In this document: one piece after another, positions 19,630-29,500 of the stretch
Position numbering within the stretch: the stretch's first letter is position 1
How the letters are laid out: every line of letters starts with the position of its first letter
IMG/VR virus record: IMGVR_UViG_3300042268_000564
DNA from: a virus
Taxonomy: Duplodnaviria; Caudoviricetes
DNA: 64,000 nucleotides
Reading direction: 5' to 3' (one strand)
Translations under genes and position numbers: made by a program
The notes under the pieces: model-generated
The model's input: the letters and a program-made list of their open reading frames with translations, nothing else
Told to the model about the DNA's origin: nothing
The model's database searches: none

Positions 19630-20267
19630 TACAATATCTCACTCGTGCGGTTCATTTCAAATTGTTCTGCGGGGGTCAATCTGATTTTTTGTTTTTTGAT
19701 TACATAAACTTCATAATCAGTAAGGTAATGGTCATAATCTCTTGCTATCTCAAATTCGGTAAAAAAGGGGTGGTACAAGTTATTAAGTCGTATGAGGACA
19801 TTTGTTTCATTAAAGAATCTTTTTGCAAGGTCTGGCTTGCTGGGAAGTGCTATTGCATAATTGCGTGGAAGTAAAGCAAACATTGCTACGATTACAGGGA
19901 AAGAAAGCTCTAAGCCATGTTGTAACTTAGCGGGGTTGATTGTTTTGTGTCCATGGTTGTATTCATAAGCATCATGGTAATGATTTGTCATTCTGATAAG
20001 CTCGTGACGACTAGTGCTGATTAAGTCTATTTTCAAAATGTCGCCAGTGAGCTTGCAAAATCTTATAAGCTCACTATTTGTGCTCAAGTCGGCTACAAAA
20101 TATTCACCTTCCTTGCGTTGAACCACATAATTCTTATTTTCTTCCACAAATAGAGAGAGTGGGTGAGGGTTATTCTTTTCCATTTGGGTGTAGAGAGGAA
20201 AGATGACATTACAAGTCGGGTCATCTTCCAAAGGTCTTTCATAAGGAATAAATAATACATGTGTCAT
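19629..20267 (-). CDS. hypothetical protein, leaderless, ends SEIL*
   Basis: ATG 6 nt after TATAAT (promoter 20274-20301). Confidence 0.7.
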   Translation of the reverse strand: MTHVLFIPYERPLEDDPTCNVIFPLYTQMEKNNPHPLSLFVEENKNYVVQRKEGEYFVADLSTNSELIRFCKLTGDILKIDLISTSRHELIRMTNHYHDAYEYNHGHKTINPAKLQHGLELSFPVIVAMFALLPRNYAIALPSKPDLAKRFFNETNVLIRLNNLYHPFFTEFEIARDYDHYLTDYEVYVIKKQKIRLTPAEQFEMNRTSEIL

Positions 20268-20644
20268 GCTCTTATTATATAAAAGGGCTTTCGATTGTCA
20301 ATAGAAAAACTAATTGACAATTATTAACCCCTTTTTATAATAATGCTAGAGGTAAAAATGAGTGATTTCATACTAGTTGTTGAGGTTGTAAAAGCTGGAC
20401 AGTGGCAGGAGCAGGTAAATAAGAAAGGGCAAGATTTTAAATTAACTGTGACAAAATTGCAGGGAATTGCAAAAATCACAGATTTGACCACATTTGCTGA
20501 CAACCTTGTTAAAGGATACGGGGTGAAAAAACGATTGGGATTTGGGACTTTGACATTCTCACCTTTTGCATGGCTTTAAAGCTGATTGATGATGGAATAT
20601 TAGTTTGAGCGATATTGCCCGATTGCAAGACGAGCGGATGGTAA

Positions 20645-21094
20645 TTACAGAAGTTCAAGTTTTTGCATTGGTCTGCTTAAATCATACCAGTATCCTAACA
20701 GATTAATTGCTTGAAGAATGTCCAACATGTATTTATCTGCGTTATCAGCAGTTAAGTGTTGCCATTTTTGCTTGTCCAGTTGTGGATAAATGCAAATCAA
20801 ACAAGTATTATCGTAGATTCCATAATCCATATTGAAATGGCTTTTTGTTAGTGCCACATGGAAGGCACCACCGGGCATATCGGCTAATGCCTTGTTTCGG
20901 TTTACCCGTGCACCAAAAGATTTAGGGTCGTCAAGAGCAGGGTCAATCATTTTGGCGAGCAATTTGTTTCTGATGATTATGTTCACTTCGCAATTGTCTA
21001 TTATGACACGAGGCTTTATCTCTCTGTGAGTTTTCTTGCTGAAGATTTTAACAGCCTTAAGCCGGGTTAAAATACCCTCAATAAATACATTCAT
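20645..21094 (-). CDS. hypothetical protein, ends LELL*
   Basis: ATGA overlap. Confidence 0.7.
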   Translation of the reverse strand: MNVFIEGILTRLKAVKIFSKKTHREIKPRVIIDNCEVNIIIRNKLLAKMIDPALDDPKSFGARVNRNKALADMPGGAFHVALTKSHFNMDYGIYDNTCLICIYPQLDKQKWQHLTADNADKYMLDILQAINLLGYWYDLSRPMQKLELL

Positions 21095-21678
21095 AGCATG
21101 TTTACTTCAGGGTGGTCGGCAGGGTTAAAAATCTTGTATTTTTTTGAAATATTGTTTTTGATAATATCAACTATTTTATAGAGGTTACTTCCCTCAAGAA
21201 GCAGCCAAGCATAACCTTGATAGTGTTTTTTGTAGGAATCTACAGTGCTGCCATAGTAAGTGCTGATATAGAAAGCTTGCACAGATGTATTCTCTTGTGT
21301 TTCAAAGCGATAATTGAAATGTATTTTTTTCCCTTTCCTCATAATGAACGGCAAGAATTGGTCTACAAATGGATATTTTGTAAATATGAGTGGGCATCTC
21401 TTTTCCATTGCAACAACATATTCTATGTCTTTGCGGTAAGGCTTCGCATTTCTATTGCCTGATTTGTAGTCTTTTTGCGAGCTTGTAGTTGGTTTCTCTC
21501 TCGGCAGGATGATGGTTGCCAGTATGTGCCGCCGTAGGCTCACAATGATTTCCCTATTATTCCGAGCTATCTTAAGGGGCACCTGATTTCCCGTGTCAGG
21601 ATTAAGAATAGAAAGCCCATTAAGCTCGTTCAGAAGCTCTTGCACCAATTCTGCTTGACTCGCTTTGTAGTTTTTCAT
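21091..21678 (-). CDS. hypothetical protein, leaderless, ends VNML*
   Basis: ATG 6 nt after TATAAT (promoter 21685-21712). Confidence 0.7.
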   Translation of the reverse strand: MKNYKASQAELVQELLNELNGLSILNPDTGNQVPLKIARNNREIIVSLRRHILATIILPREKPTTSSQKDYKSGNRNAKPYRKDIEYVVAMEKRCPLIFTKYPFVDQFLPFIMRKGKKIHFNYRFETQENTSVQAFYISTYYGSTVDSYKKHYQGYAWLLLEGSNLYKIVDIIKNNISKKYKIFNPADHPEVNML

Positions 21679-21713
21679 AGTTATATTATAAATAAAGGAA
21701 AAAGATTGTCAAG

Positions 21714-21744
21714 AAAAAACCTCCCCAAAAAAGGGAGGTTTTTT
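21714..21744. terminator. bidirectional intrinsic terminator
   Basis: AAAAAACCTCCC-loop-GGGAGGTTTTTT. Confidence 0.8.
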
Positions 21745-21767
21745 GAAGGAATTTATTGAGATATTGA

Positions 21768-23108
21768 CTATGCAGCAGCCTTGAGTTGAGCCTTTTGCTC
21801 TGTAGTGGTAGTAATTATGCCATTTTCATAATCAAGTTTGTCTTTTGCTGCCCTGAAGGTTGCCAATCTTACACTTGGGGCTATGCCCACTTTATCTGTA
21901 AAGTTCTTTATATGGTAAGCCAAAAAACCAATTCTTAAGCTTACATGGCTGTCTCTTGTTGAGCACCCTTTTAAGTAGTTTGTAAGTTCTGTGATATACG
22001 GCTTAATTACGCCGTTGTAAATTTCTGTTTTGAAAGCTTTGATTGTGTCAGCAGTCAATTCACCTTCGTCATGCAGGATGGCAAAAACTGCCAAGATGTC
22101 TCTTGTTATGTTATCATTAGGGTGATTGGTTTTCTGTAAAGTTGCCAATTCTGCGGGGTTTACGTTGTAACAATCTGTCAGTGCACTTGCAACCTTTTTC
22201 AACACGTTACTTACAGGCGCCATTCCTAATGACTTGATATGTTTTTCAGCACAGAGAAACTTTGTTGTGGGGGTTATGTCGAGGGTATCTTTGACTAACT
22301 CTCTGATTTTATTTTCGAGTTTACTTGCATTTTGCCTCAGAACGTCAGATGATGTTTTGCGTGCGATAATGGTCAGGAATTCCTTATCGTTCATTTCATC
22401 GCCAGCAATCATTGACATGGTTTTGTGAACGAATCGGACGTGCTTGTTTTTTGATTTGCTGCCTACTGCATTCATGTGCTGGCTTAATCCTGTTTGAACC
22501 ATTGTTGTGTCAAACAGGTAGTCAAATAAAGCCCCAGATAGGAAATGTTCGCCGTAGATTTTTTCATCTTGAGTCAATGACACTTGCTTATTGACGCTTT
22601 GGAAGATTGCCACCATTACATCCAGTGGTGGGTTGTGGAACTTTACGAGTGTCAATTTGATGTCCAGAACAATACCAGCTTGTTTGTTCTTTTTCAGGTC
22701 ACGGTAGTAAACTTTTTCTTTTTTTCCCGTTTCTTTGTTGTACATGAAGATGTAGAATCCATTTTTTTCATCCATGAACTCATTTATAGTAGACAGTCTT
22801 TGCTTGCCATCAATAATAATAAGCTCATCTTCGCTTTCATCTCTTGTTGCCACATATATTCCGGGAATTGGGAAGCCAGCGATGCTATTTTCGATGAATT
22901 CCCGTTTTCTTGGCATGTCCCATACATTTCCTCTTTGGAAAACAGGGTCAAGAATTGGCGTATACACTTTGTTGAATACTTTGACAGTAACGGTGTCTGT
23001 GCCTGATTGGTATTTGTTCTTCGCTTCTCTGCACATTTCTCTGATACTTTTAGCCTTAGCGGCTTCTTCTGCCTTAGTCTGTTTTTTCGTTTTTCTTGTT
23101 GATGTCAT
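21768..23108 (-). CDS. DUF262 (ParB/Srx-fold, GmrS-like) protein with no recognisable nuclease domain
   Basis: PVFQRGNVW...FPIPGIY...IIDGKQRLST; ends LKAAA*. Confidence 0.8.
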   Translation of the reverse strand: MTSTRKTKKQTKAEEAAKAKSIREMCREAKNKYQSGTDTVTVKVFNKVYTPILDPVFQRGNVWDMPRKREFIENSIAGFPIPGIYVATRDESEDELIIIDGKQRLSTINEFMDEKNGFYIFMYNKETGKKEKVYYRDLKKNKQAGIVLDIKLTLVKFHNPPLDVMVAIFQSVNKQVSLTQDEKIYGEHFLSGALFDYLFDTTMVQTGLSQHMNAVGSKSKNKHVRFVHKTMSMIAGDEMNDKEFLTIIARKTSSDVLRQNASKLENKIRELVKDTLDITPTTKFLCAEKHIKSLGMAPVSNVLKKVASALTDCYNVNPAELATLQKTNHPNDNITRDILAVFAILHDEGELTADTIKAFKTEIYNGVIKPYITELTNYLKGCSTRDSHVSLRIGFLAYHIKNFTDKVGIAPSVRLATFRAAKDKLDYENGIITTTTEQKAQLKAAA

Positions 23109-23285
23109 AAAAATTCTCCTCGGTTTGGTTAAAGTTTGGTGCCTTAAAACTTATTGTAGCCAAAGTCTCTTTTTCGTCAAGGGAAAATGACAAAAAAAGT
23201 TGTACGTACAGAAAAAACCTCCCTTTCGGGAGGTTAAAAGTCCTATAAAGAAGCTACCTTCTTCATTTATTATTATAGCATAATT

Positions 23286-23774
23286 TCACTTTGGCAACCA
23301 TCCACCCATTCTTCTGTATTCTCTTGCAAGCTTTGGAAGATTGAGTTTGTCATATCTGTTACTGACTTGTAATGGATGAGTGGAATAACATAATTTCGTT
23401 AAACAAATATCTTTCTTCTGAAATGTTTTTATTACAAAATCAATAGCCACTTTCTCTGATTCTTCTAATTCATATAAGTCTTGATTTCTCAAAGTTGTTG
23501 AAATTCTATCGGAGTTGAAACGTGGCAAAAATCCATCACAATTCCGTAGAAATACAGGCGACTCTGTAACAGCTTCTTTAATGTGAGGGGAGTGGGCACC
23601 CCACATCTCAAATATCCAGTCCATGCCTTTACAGATAGTCCTCTCAGTAGTGAGAGAGTGTCGCCAATCAGCAAGATAAATTATCATTCTTAAGTCTTCT
23701 GCGTCAATAGTTCCAAGTGCTTTGAGAAACCTTACGATTACTTGCTGTAGCTTGATTTGTTCTTGTAAATTCAT
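23286..23774 (-). CDS. Panacea/SocA (DUF4065)-like antitoxin
   Basis: IIYLADWRH...W..EMWGAHSP...LCYSTHP resembles the family pattern. Confidence 0.55.
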   Translation of the reverse strand: MNLQEQIKLQQVIVRFLKALGTIDAEDLRMIIYLADWRHSLTTERTICKGMDWIFEMWGAHSPHIKEAVTESPVFLRNCDGFLPRFNSDRISTTLRNQDLYELEESEKVAIDFVIKTFQKKDICLTKLCYSTHPLQVSNRYDKLNLPKLAREYRRMGGWLPK

Positions 23775-24277
23775 TTTGTCAGGGCAGCAATTTCGTCCAA
23801 AAGCAGTTGAGCTTTTTCAAGCTCTTGCTTATATGAATCGTGTCTTTTCTGGATATGTTTAGGATTAATGGTGATTCCCCATTCCTTTATAAAGGTTTTC
23901 ATGGTGCCAGCAGGGTCATCACCCTCAAAATGAAGATAGACGTCATTATCACAAAGATGAAGTTCTACATCATCTTCGATTTCAATATGAGCGTGATAAT
24001 CTGCGAATCGTCCAAGTGAGTCATACAATAAAGGAAGCCGTTCTTCTCGATTGGAAAGCCGTTCAGAGCTTTCATAGCCCCAAGCATGAGCAGACAATAC
24101 CTTATTTTCTTTCATGATGGCAGCTCGAATCTCTATTTCATCATTTCGTAAATCACCAGCTTCTTTCGCCAAAATATGTTGTTTTTCATGGCATTTTGTC
24201 AATTGTCTGTCTATTTCAAGAAGTTTTGCAGCTTGGTCATCCGTAAGTTTCAATTCAGGTTTTGGTTGTCTATACAT
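23771..24277 (-). CDS. hypothetical protein
   Basis: Promoter 24301-24328; GAGGTG SD. Confidence 0.7.
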   Translation of the reverse strand: MYRQPKPELKLTDDQAAKLLEIDRQLTKCHEKQHILAKEAGDLRNDEIEIRAAIMKENKVLSAHAWGYESSERLSNREERLPLLYDSLGRFADYHAHIEIEDDVELHLCDNDVYLHFEGDDPAGTMKTFIKEWGITINPKHIQKRHDSYKQELEKAQLLLDEIAALTK

Positions 24278-24702
24278 TTTGCACCTCATTTCTTAGCTCT
24301 ATTATATGGCGACAAGGTGGGATGTCAATCTAAAACCAAAAAACCCCACGTATTGTGGGGTCTCTGGAACCAAAAAACATAGGAGCAGACATTGTGTGTT
24401 GTCTATTGATATGTTATCAGGGATTGAGACATTTGTAAACCTATTTTTTTATAGCAAGACATGGCTTGTCTATGTATATATCAGCATCGCCTATAGCTCC
24501 CATCAGGACGCAGCCACATTCATATTCGATATCCCAGCCGTGCAGGGAACTGCCATCACGAATCTGTTTTGCTTTGCAAATTGGACAAAAAGTAAGGTCG
24601 TTTGAGTCCTGTGTAAGTTTTATCATATTTTTATTCTACCATTAAAAACATGTTGACATTGTATCACAAGCTTTTATAATAACAACAAGGAGAAAAAAAG
24701 AT

Positions 24703-25347
24703 ATGGACAGAGAATATGAAAAACATCCAGCACAAGCTCTTGTAAGATTCTCACGGGTACAGGGGAGTGCAAACTTTTACGGTTCCGACATCTCATGTAA
24801 CTCTTATATTGAGATGAAAGTATCTACCTCTGTGAAAACACGTTCTAATAACTGTGACCGTTTCATAGAAGATGGCACTATTCTCAGATTAAGAATGTCG
24901 CCGAACCAATTCAGTGAACTTATCACCACTCTTAATGTAGGTGAAGGTGTTCCTGCTACTCTGGAAATGTTCTTCGACCAGAATCTGCCTAAAGGTGAAA
25001 TCCCACGGTTGCCGGTACAGAGCAAAACTGAAACATTCAGGGCAGAGCTTGGCGATATAACTCAGGAAACTGTGGAAAAGATTCAAGCACTCAATAAGAG
25101 TATTGATGAAATCACCATGCCTAAAAAGAATAAAGAAGCACTTAAATCCCAAATTACACAGATTTTGAATAACCTTCAAAGCAATTTGCCTTACATTTTA
25201 ACATGTGCTAATCAGCAGCTCGACAAAGCCGTTGCCTCTGCGAAAAGTGTTATTGATAGTTTCTACACAGGGCTTTGTGTAAGACTTGGTGTAAAATCAC
25301 TTCGAGAAGGCAACGTAAAATTAATAGATTCAGGAGACAAAGAATGA
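24703..25347 (+). CDS. hypothetical protein
   Basis: Promoter 24653-24680; AGGAG SD. Confidence 0.75.
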   Translation: MDREYEKHPAQALVRFSRVQGSANFYGSDISCNSYIEMKVSTSVKTRSNNCDRFIEDGTILRLRMSPNQFSELITTLNVGEGVPATLEMFFDQNLPKGEIPRLPVQSKTETFRAELGDITQETVEKIQALNKSIDEITMPKKNKEALKSQITQILNNLQSNLPYILTCANQQLDKAVASAKSVIDSFYTGLCVRLGVKSLREGNVKLIDSGDKE

Positions 25348-25601
25348 AAGAACCTCAGATTATTATTCCTTTAACCACCAAAGAATGTGCAGCTTTTAAA
25401 CGTCCTATTAACGGACAAGGTGGCTTCCAGAACTTGCTGAAAAGGTTGAATAAAAAAATCGACCCAATAACCAAAACAATCACAGTATCTGTATCAGATG
25501 TACATTACATCAGGAAGTATGCCACAAAGTTTGGACAAGGTGGCTTTCAGGATAGGCTGGCACCAATTATGAATGCTTGCGAGATGTTTTCAGAAATTTG
25601 A
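25344..25601 (+). CDS. 85-aa protein with two GQGGFQ repeats
   Basis: AGGAG SD; ATGA overlap. Confidence 0.7.
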   Translation: MKEPQIIIPLTTKECAAFKRPINGQGGFQNLLKRLNKKIDPITKTITVSVSDVHYIRKYATKFGQGGFQDRLAPIMNACEMFSEI

Positions 25602-25651
25602 TTTGACATTAAAGACCTCTTGTTTATAATAAAGGCAGGAGGTCTTTTTTT

Positions 25652-25924
25652 ATGCGATTATACATAGATGGGGGCAAGATTCCTGTAACAAAGTGCAAGC
25701 GTCCTTCTTTTAAAAATGTTCGTGGTAGAACATGGGATAAAGCAAATATTACCATTGACGGGAAAAATGTAGAAGCTTACCTTGATACCACATGGGGGCA
25801 CTATATTTATCTATTGCATGACAATCAATGGTATAAATTCAAATTGTGGAGCAATCCATTGCTGCCAATTGAACAACAATACAACATAAACAATGATGGC
25901 GATAAGCTCTCAACTATGCCATAA
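25652..25924 (+). CDS. hypothetical protein
   Basis: Promoter 25603-25630; AGGAGG SD. Confidence 0.7.
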   Translation: MRLYIDGGKIPVTKCKRPSFKNVRGRTWDKANITIDGKNVEAYLDTTWGHYIYLLHDNQWYKFKLWSNPLLPIEQQYNINNDGDKLSTMP

Positions 25925-25949
25925 AATTTTTTATATTTTTTTCTCAAAT

Positions 25950-26006
25950 CACTTGACACTTTTTTGTATTTGATTATAATAAAAGTATAAGAAAAAAACA
26001 AAGGAG
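25950..26006 (+). repeat. promoter-leader-RBS cassette, copy E
   Basis: CACTTGACACTTTTTTGTATTTGATTATAATAAAAGTATAAG...AAAGGAG. Confidence 0.85.
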
Positions 26007-26013
26007 CCGAGCG

Positions 26014-26385
26014 ATGAAAAAGAATATAAAAAAAGAAAGAAAACCTCTTGGAAGCAAATGCTTCAACGCTACTGTTGAAGTTAAAGGTGTTACCTATGAT
26101 GTGGAAGCCATTGACCATGTAATGTCAGTATTCAAAGATGGCAATTATGGTGCTGATGCTGATGGCAACCGTGGCATGAGCGTTACTGAAATTGAAGAAA
26201 CTGAGATTGAAATCGAATCAATCTATGTTGGCGACACAGATGTTACTGAAACTCTTGATGCCGATACCAAAGAACTTATCATTGAAGAATTGATTTCCAT
26301 CGCAGAAGATTTCAGCATGGACGATTATGGATGGGACGAGGGAGACGAATGGACTGAGCCTTTAGGATTCAGAGAGGACTACTAA
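26014..26385 (+). CDS. highly acidic early protein
   Basis: Follows cassette E; very D/E-rich. Confidence 0.7.
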   Translation: MKKNIKKERKPLGSKCFNATVEVKGVTYDVEAIDHVMSVFKDGNYGADADGNRGMSVTEIEETEIEIESIYVGDTDVTETLDADTKELIIEELISIAEDFSMDDYGWDEGDEWTEPLGFREDY

Positions 26386-27005
26386 ATCAAGAGTCCTGCA
26401 TCAATAAGAGCTACGGGCGCAGTGGACGGATTATCCGAGCCACTGCTTCTCATTTCTATAGTATGTACCAAAGCAGTTTTACGTTTTGTCCATTGCAGTG
26501 ATGGATGTTGTAAGCCATACTGCTTGGCTATTCTGAGCTGTATTAAACTGAATATTGCCAAGATACATCTTTCCCAATCATCCAAAGTAATAGTGGGAAT
26601 AGGAAGTATTTGCTGATTTTCATCTTGAGGTGGAATAGGGTCAACCAAAAGAGCAGCTTTGTCGCACATGGTAAGAACATATCCCAATAATTCACACCAG
26701 ATTGTGAAAATATCATTTCTAATATCTGACTGATTGATAATTATTGGCGATGGAAGGGCTTGATTCGGCAGGTATGGCAAAGTGATAATCTGCCCGGAAT
26801 GTGCAATATGCCAGTCAGTGCTACTTTGGTAGCTAAAGACGCTCTTCAATGATGTAGACTCAAGATATCGGAACATATGTTGTCCTGCACCTATAGCGAT
26901 ATCTGGCCATTCTTCAGGTGTTATTTTTTTATGATTGTCTAGCTTAAACATCATTTTGAGATGAGGAAAAACATTGGCGAATTGATTTAGCTCATTTACT
27001 GCCAT
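26382..27005 (-). CDS. hypothetical protein
   Basis: 207-aa ORF. Confidence 0.65.
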   Translation of the reverse strand: MAVNELNQFANVFPHLKMMFKLDNHKKITPEEWPDIAIGAGQHMFRYLESTSLKSVFSYQSSTDWHIAHSGQIITLPYLPNQALPSPIIINQSDIRNDIFTIWCELLGYVLTMCDKAALLVDPIPPQDENQQILPIPTITLDDWERCILAIFSLIQLRIAKQYGLQHPSLQWTKRKTALVHTIEMRSSGSDNPSTAPVALIDAGLLI

Positions 27006-27141
27006 GAATTATTCCCCACGATATCGTGTATTTCCGTAAGACAATCGGATGAAAACAACATGAGCACATTACTCGCATAGTGCATACGTCCTCATGCTGG
27101 TATTGCTGATTATGTCCGCAGTTTTTACATTTTACTGTCAT
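26992..27141 (-). CDS. 49-aa leaderless zinc-ribbon peptide (not in the ORF track)
   Basis: MTVKCKNCGH...MCSCC; ATG 6 nt after TATAAT (promoter 27148-27175). Confidence 0.6.
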   Translation of the reverse strand: MTVKCKNCGHNQQYQHEDVCTMRVMCSCCFHPIVLRKYTISWGIIHGSK

Positions 27142-27158
27142 GCTTTTATTATAAAGAG

Positions 27159-28253
27159 TTAAAGCATAATGTCAAACGTTTTTTCCGGCAAAGGCTTATG
27201 TTTTCCACTTACAAGAGCAATCACGAGGAAGGTTTGTTTGCAACCTGTTTTTGACGTGCGTGGCGTGGTGATTTTGTAATGGCTGAGGCAATTGTCCAGC
27301 TCTTTGTTTATTGTTGGTGCCGAGGTTGTTTTAAAGGTAAGTTCTTGCTTTGTAAGCCATCCAATATAAGGGAAAAGCCCTGAGAGATATTTCCAAAATT
27401 TGAAAAAGAAATACTTGTGGCAATCCTTTTGAAATAAGGGGTCGAGCTGACAATTTTCAAGCGATTCGCCTAACATTATTTGATTTGAGGAATACATGCT
27501 TTCTCCCTCTTTTTTTTTGGCTTTGAGGTTTATGACATTTGTCTTAATAACGTTGTAGGGGTTAGCATGGTTCTGGCAGAGGCTCATCTTGGCACCAACA
27601 TAGGATACATGGTTTGTGCCTTTGTTGAAGGATGTTAAGATTGATGGAAGTGAGTCCCCTGAGAATAGAAAGTCTTTCAGGAAGTCTATGGTGTCCTTGT
27701 TGAATTGCTTGGTGTCGTCAAGGTTCACATCTAACATTGTTGAGTCGGGGAACTGGGAGAAGTTGCATAGCAGATGTGTTATCTCGGTATTTTTCCACGT
27801 CACATCAAGTTTTTTGTATCTATTAAAAATTTGGCAGAAAGCTAAAAATACAGTAATCATAGATGTTTCAGTAGCGTCATAAATGTCAACATCCAGCAAT
27901 TTCGTGAATATGATTTTGTTTTCCACATCATCTAAAAGGTAATTGTAACATGAATCAATAAATAAGAGCGTTCTTCCTTCGACTTCGCATCCAAAAACAT
28001 CCAGACCTTTAACACTTACCATTCTGCGTCTAGGCGTGAAGTCTCTGCGAAGGCAATGCGCTCCTGCCGATATAACTCTTATTGTGTCTTCGGTACATAT
28101 AAATTTTACAGGTGATTTGCTGAATAATATGGCATTCTCGTAAGCCAGCTTTTTGAGGTCGGCTTGAATATCCTTAATCTGTCTAGCAAGGATTTTTTTA
28201 TCTGAGTAAAGCCTTTTTTCTCTAAGTATTATTTCTGCCTGTGCCGCAAGCAT
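27159..28253 (-). CDS. hypothetical protein, ends DIML*
   Basis: 364-aa ORF. Confidence 0.7.
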   Translation of the reverse strand: MLAAQAEIILREKRLYSDKKILARQIKDIQADLKKLAYENAILFSKSPVKFICTEDTIRVISAGAHCLRRDFTPRRRMVSVKGLDVFGCEVEGRTLLFIDSCYNYLLDDVENKIIFTKLLDVDIYDATETSMITVFLAFCQIFNRYKKLDVTWKNTEITHLLCNFSQFPDSTMLDVNLDDTKQFNKDTIDFLKDFLFSGDSLPSILTSFNKGTNHVSYVGAKMSLCQNHANPYNVIKTNVINLKAKKKEGESMYSSNQIMLGESLENCQLDPLFQKDCHKYFFFKFWKYLSGLFPYIGWLTKQELTFKTTSAPTINKELDNCLSHYKITTPRTSKTGCKQTFLVIALVSGKHKPLPEKTFDIML

Positions 28254-28254
28254 G

Positions 28255-28755
28255 TTATTTCTCTGCCATTAAAAGTGCTCTTACTCTGTCCAGCTCTTCC
28301 TGAGTATGAGGTGTCCCTGCGCCGTTAAATTGTAGATACCATTGTAACACTTCTTTGCGTGTTTTCAGGTTGTTAACGTTGATGCTGAGGCAATATGTTA
28401 AAGGAATGAACTTGTCCTCGAAGTCTTTTAAATAAACTTTGTAAGCAGGGATTTCATTGTTCACGAATCGTAAGAGAGCTGTCATTCGTTGTAGCCCGTC
28501 TACGCATATCATGTCCGTGTCGCCGCCATTGAGGTATTTTGGACCGTTGAAGAAAAAGTCCCGTCCAGTAATCCCGCCAGCAAGGAACCACTCTACAAAA
28601 GCAATTTGCTGTTGTTCTGTCCAAACGTGCCCTCGCTGGAAGTCAGGGTTCATGTCTGCAACGTTTTCATCCACCCATCTCTTGAGATGTCCGAGATGGA
28701 TATGAACGTGATAAACACCGTTACCTATCATTTTTGGTAAATCATCGAATTTCAT
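28255..28755 (-). CDS. stand-alone DUF262 protein
   Basis: NPDFQRGHVW...CVDGLQR; GGAGAG SD before ATG 28755. Confidence 0.8.
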   Translation of the reverse strand: MKFDDLPKMIGNGVYHVHIHLGHLKRWVDENVADMNPDFQRGHVWTEQQQIAFVEWFLAGGITGRDFFFNGPKYLNGGDTDMICVDGLQRMTALLRFVNNEIPAYKVYLKDFEDKFIPLTYCLSINVNNLKTRKEVLQWYLQFNGAGTPHTQEELDRVRALLMAEK

Positions 28756-28756
28756 A

Positions 28757-28903
28757 TTAACTCTCCATCCATTCTTCCCACTCCTGCTTTGACCATTCTT
28801 TGTTGTTGTAGAAATGCCAGCCACAGGTGGGGCAATAGAAATGGCGTTTTTTGCCAAGTCCGTGAGTAAGGTCTTTTTTGTTTTTATGATTGCACTTTGT
28901 CAT
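28757..28903 (-). CDS. 48-aa leaderless Cys/His peptide (not in the ORF track)
   Basis: MTKCNH...FYCPTCGWH...WMES*; ATG 6 nt after TATAAT (promoter 28910-28937). Confidence 0.6.
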   Translation of the reverse strand: MTKCNHKNKKDLTHGLGKKRHFYCPTCGWHFYNNKEWSKQEWEEWMES

Positions 28904-28933
28904 GAATTTATTATAAAAGTCGGCAAAAGATTG

Positions 28934-29500
28934 TCAAGTTGTTTTTATATATTCATCGAATGGCATGTTGGCAAGGTCTAGCACCATTGGGACTTTACAC
29001 CCCAAAATATAATAAGCCAGCCTCATTGCGGACATGTGAGGTAGCAGATGATTGTGATTGATGGCGTTATCTTTTGTCTCTATTGTGGGGGTGAGAAGTA
29101 ATAAAAGTCCTCCATCTAATACGGCACAGCTCATAGTCTTCATTGTGTGATTTGGGGTTTGAGAAGAATAGATAAATACTTGCCTTACTGTTTTTTCATT
29201 CATCAGGAGCCAATCTGTAAGTTCCCACATTTTTCTTTTTGTTAATCTGGAAACATTAAATGTGATTCGATAAGTAGGCAGAGTAAACGCATCGGGGTTC
29301 AGAATATTTTCTATATAATTGCTTTGTTGCATGATTTTAAGACAATCGGTAAAATGGTCTTTTTTGTGTAATAGATGCATCGCACCCATACAAATAGGGT
29401 CATTAAGCAATTCTAACGTCGTGGCTATCTGTTCTTTTAATTCTGGAACCGTATCAATATTGTAATAATTCAAATATGGGAATGGTAACGTGTCAGTCAT
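28934..29500 (-). CDS. hypothetical protein
   Basis: ATGA overlap. Confidence 0.65.
   Translation of the reverse strand: MTDTLPFPYLNYYNIDTVPELKEQIATTLELLNDPICMGAMHLLHKKDHFTDCLKIMQQSNYIENILNPDAFTLPTYRITFNVSRLTKRKMWELTDWLLMNEKTVRQVFIYSSQTPNHTMKTMSCAVLDGGLLLLLTPTIETKDNAINHNHLLPHMSAMRLAYYILGCKVPMVLDLANMPFDEYIKTT

Noticed and set aside
20645-20665. Tag equals the canonical beta-clamp motif QL[S/D]LF
   Set aside because: Q at -6 occurs in only some tails and the spacing and terminal residue differ; kept only as one hypothesis.
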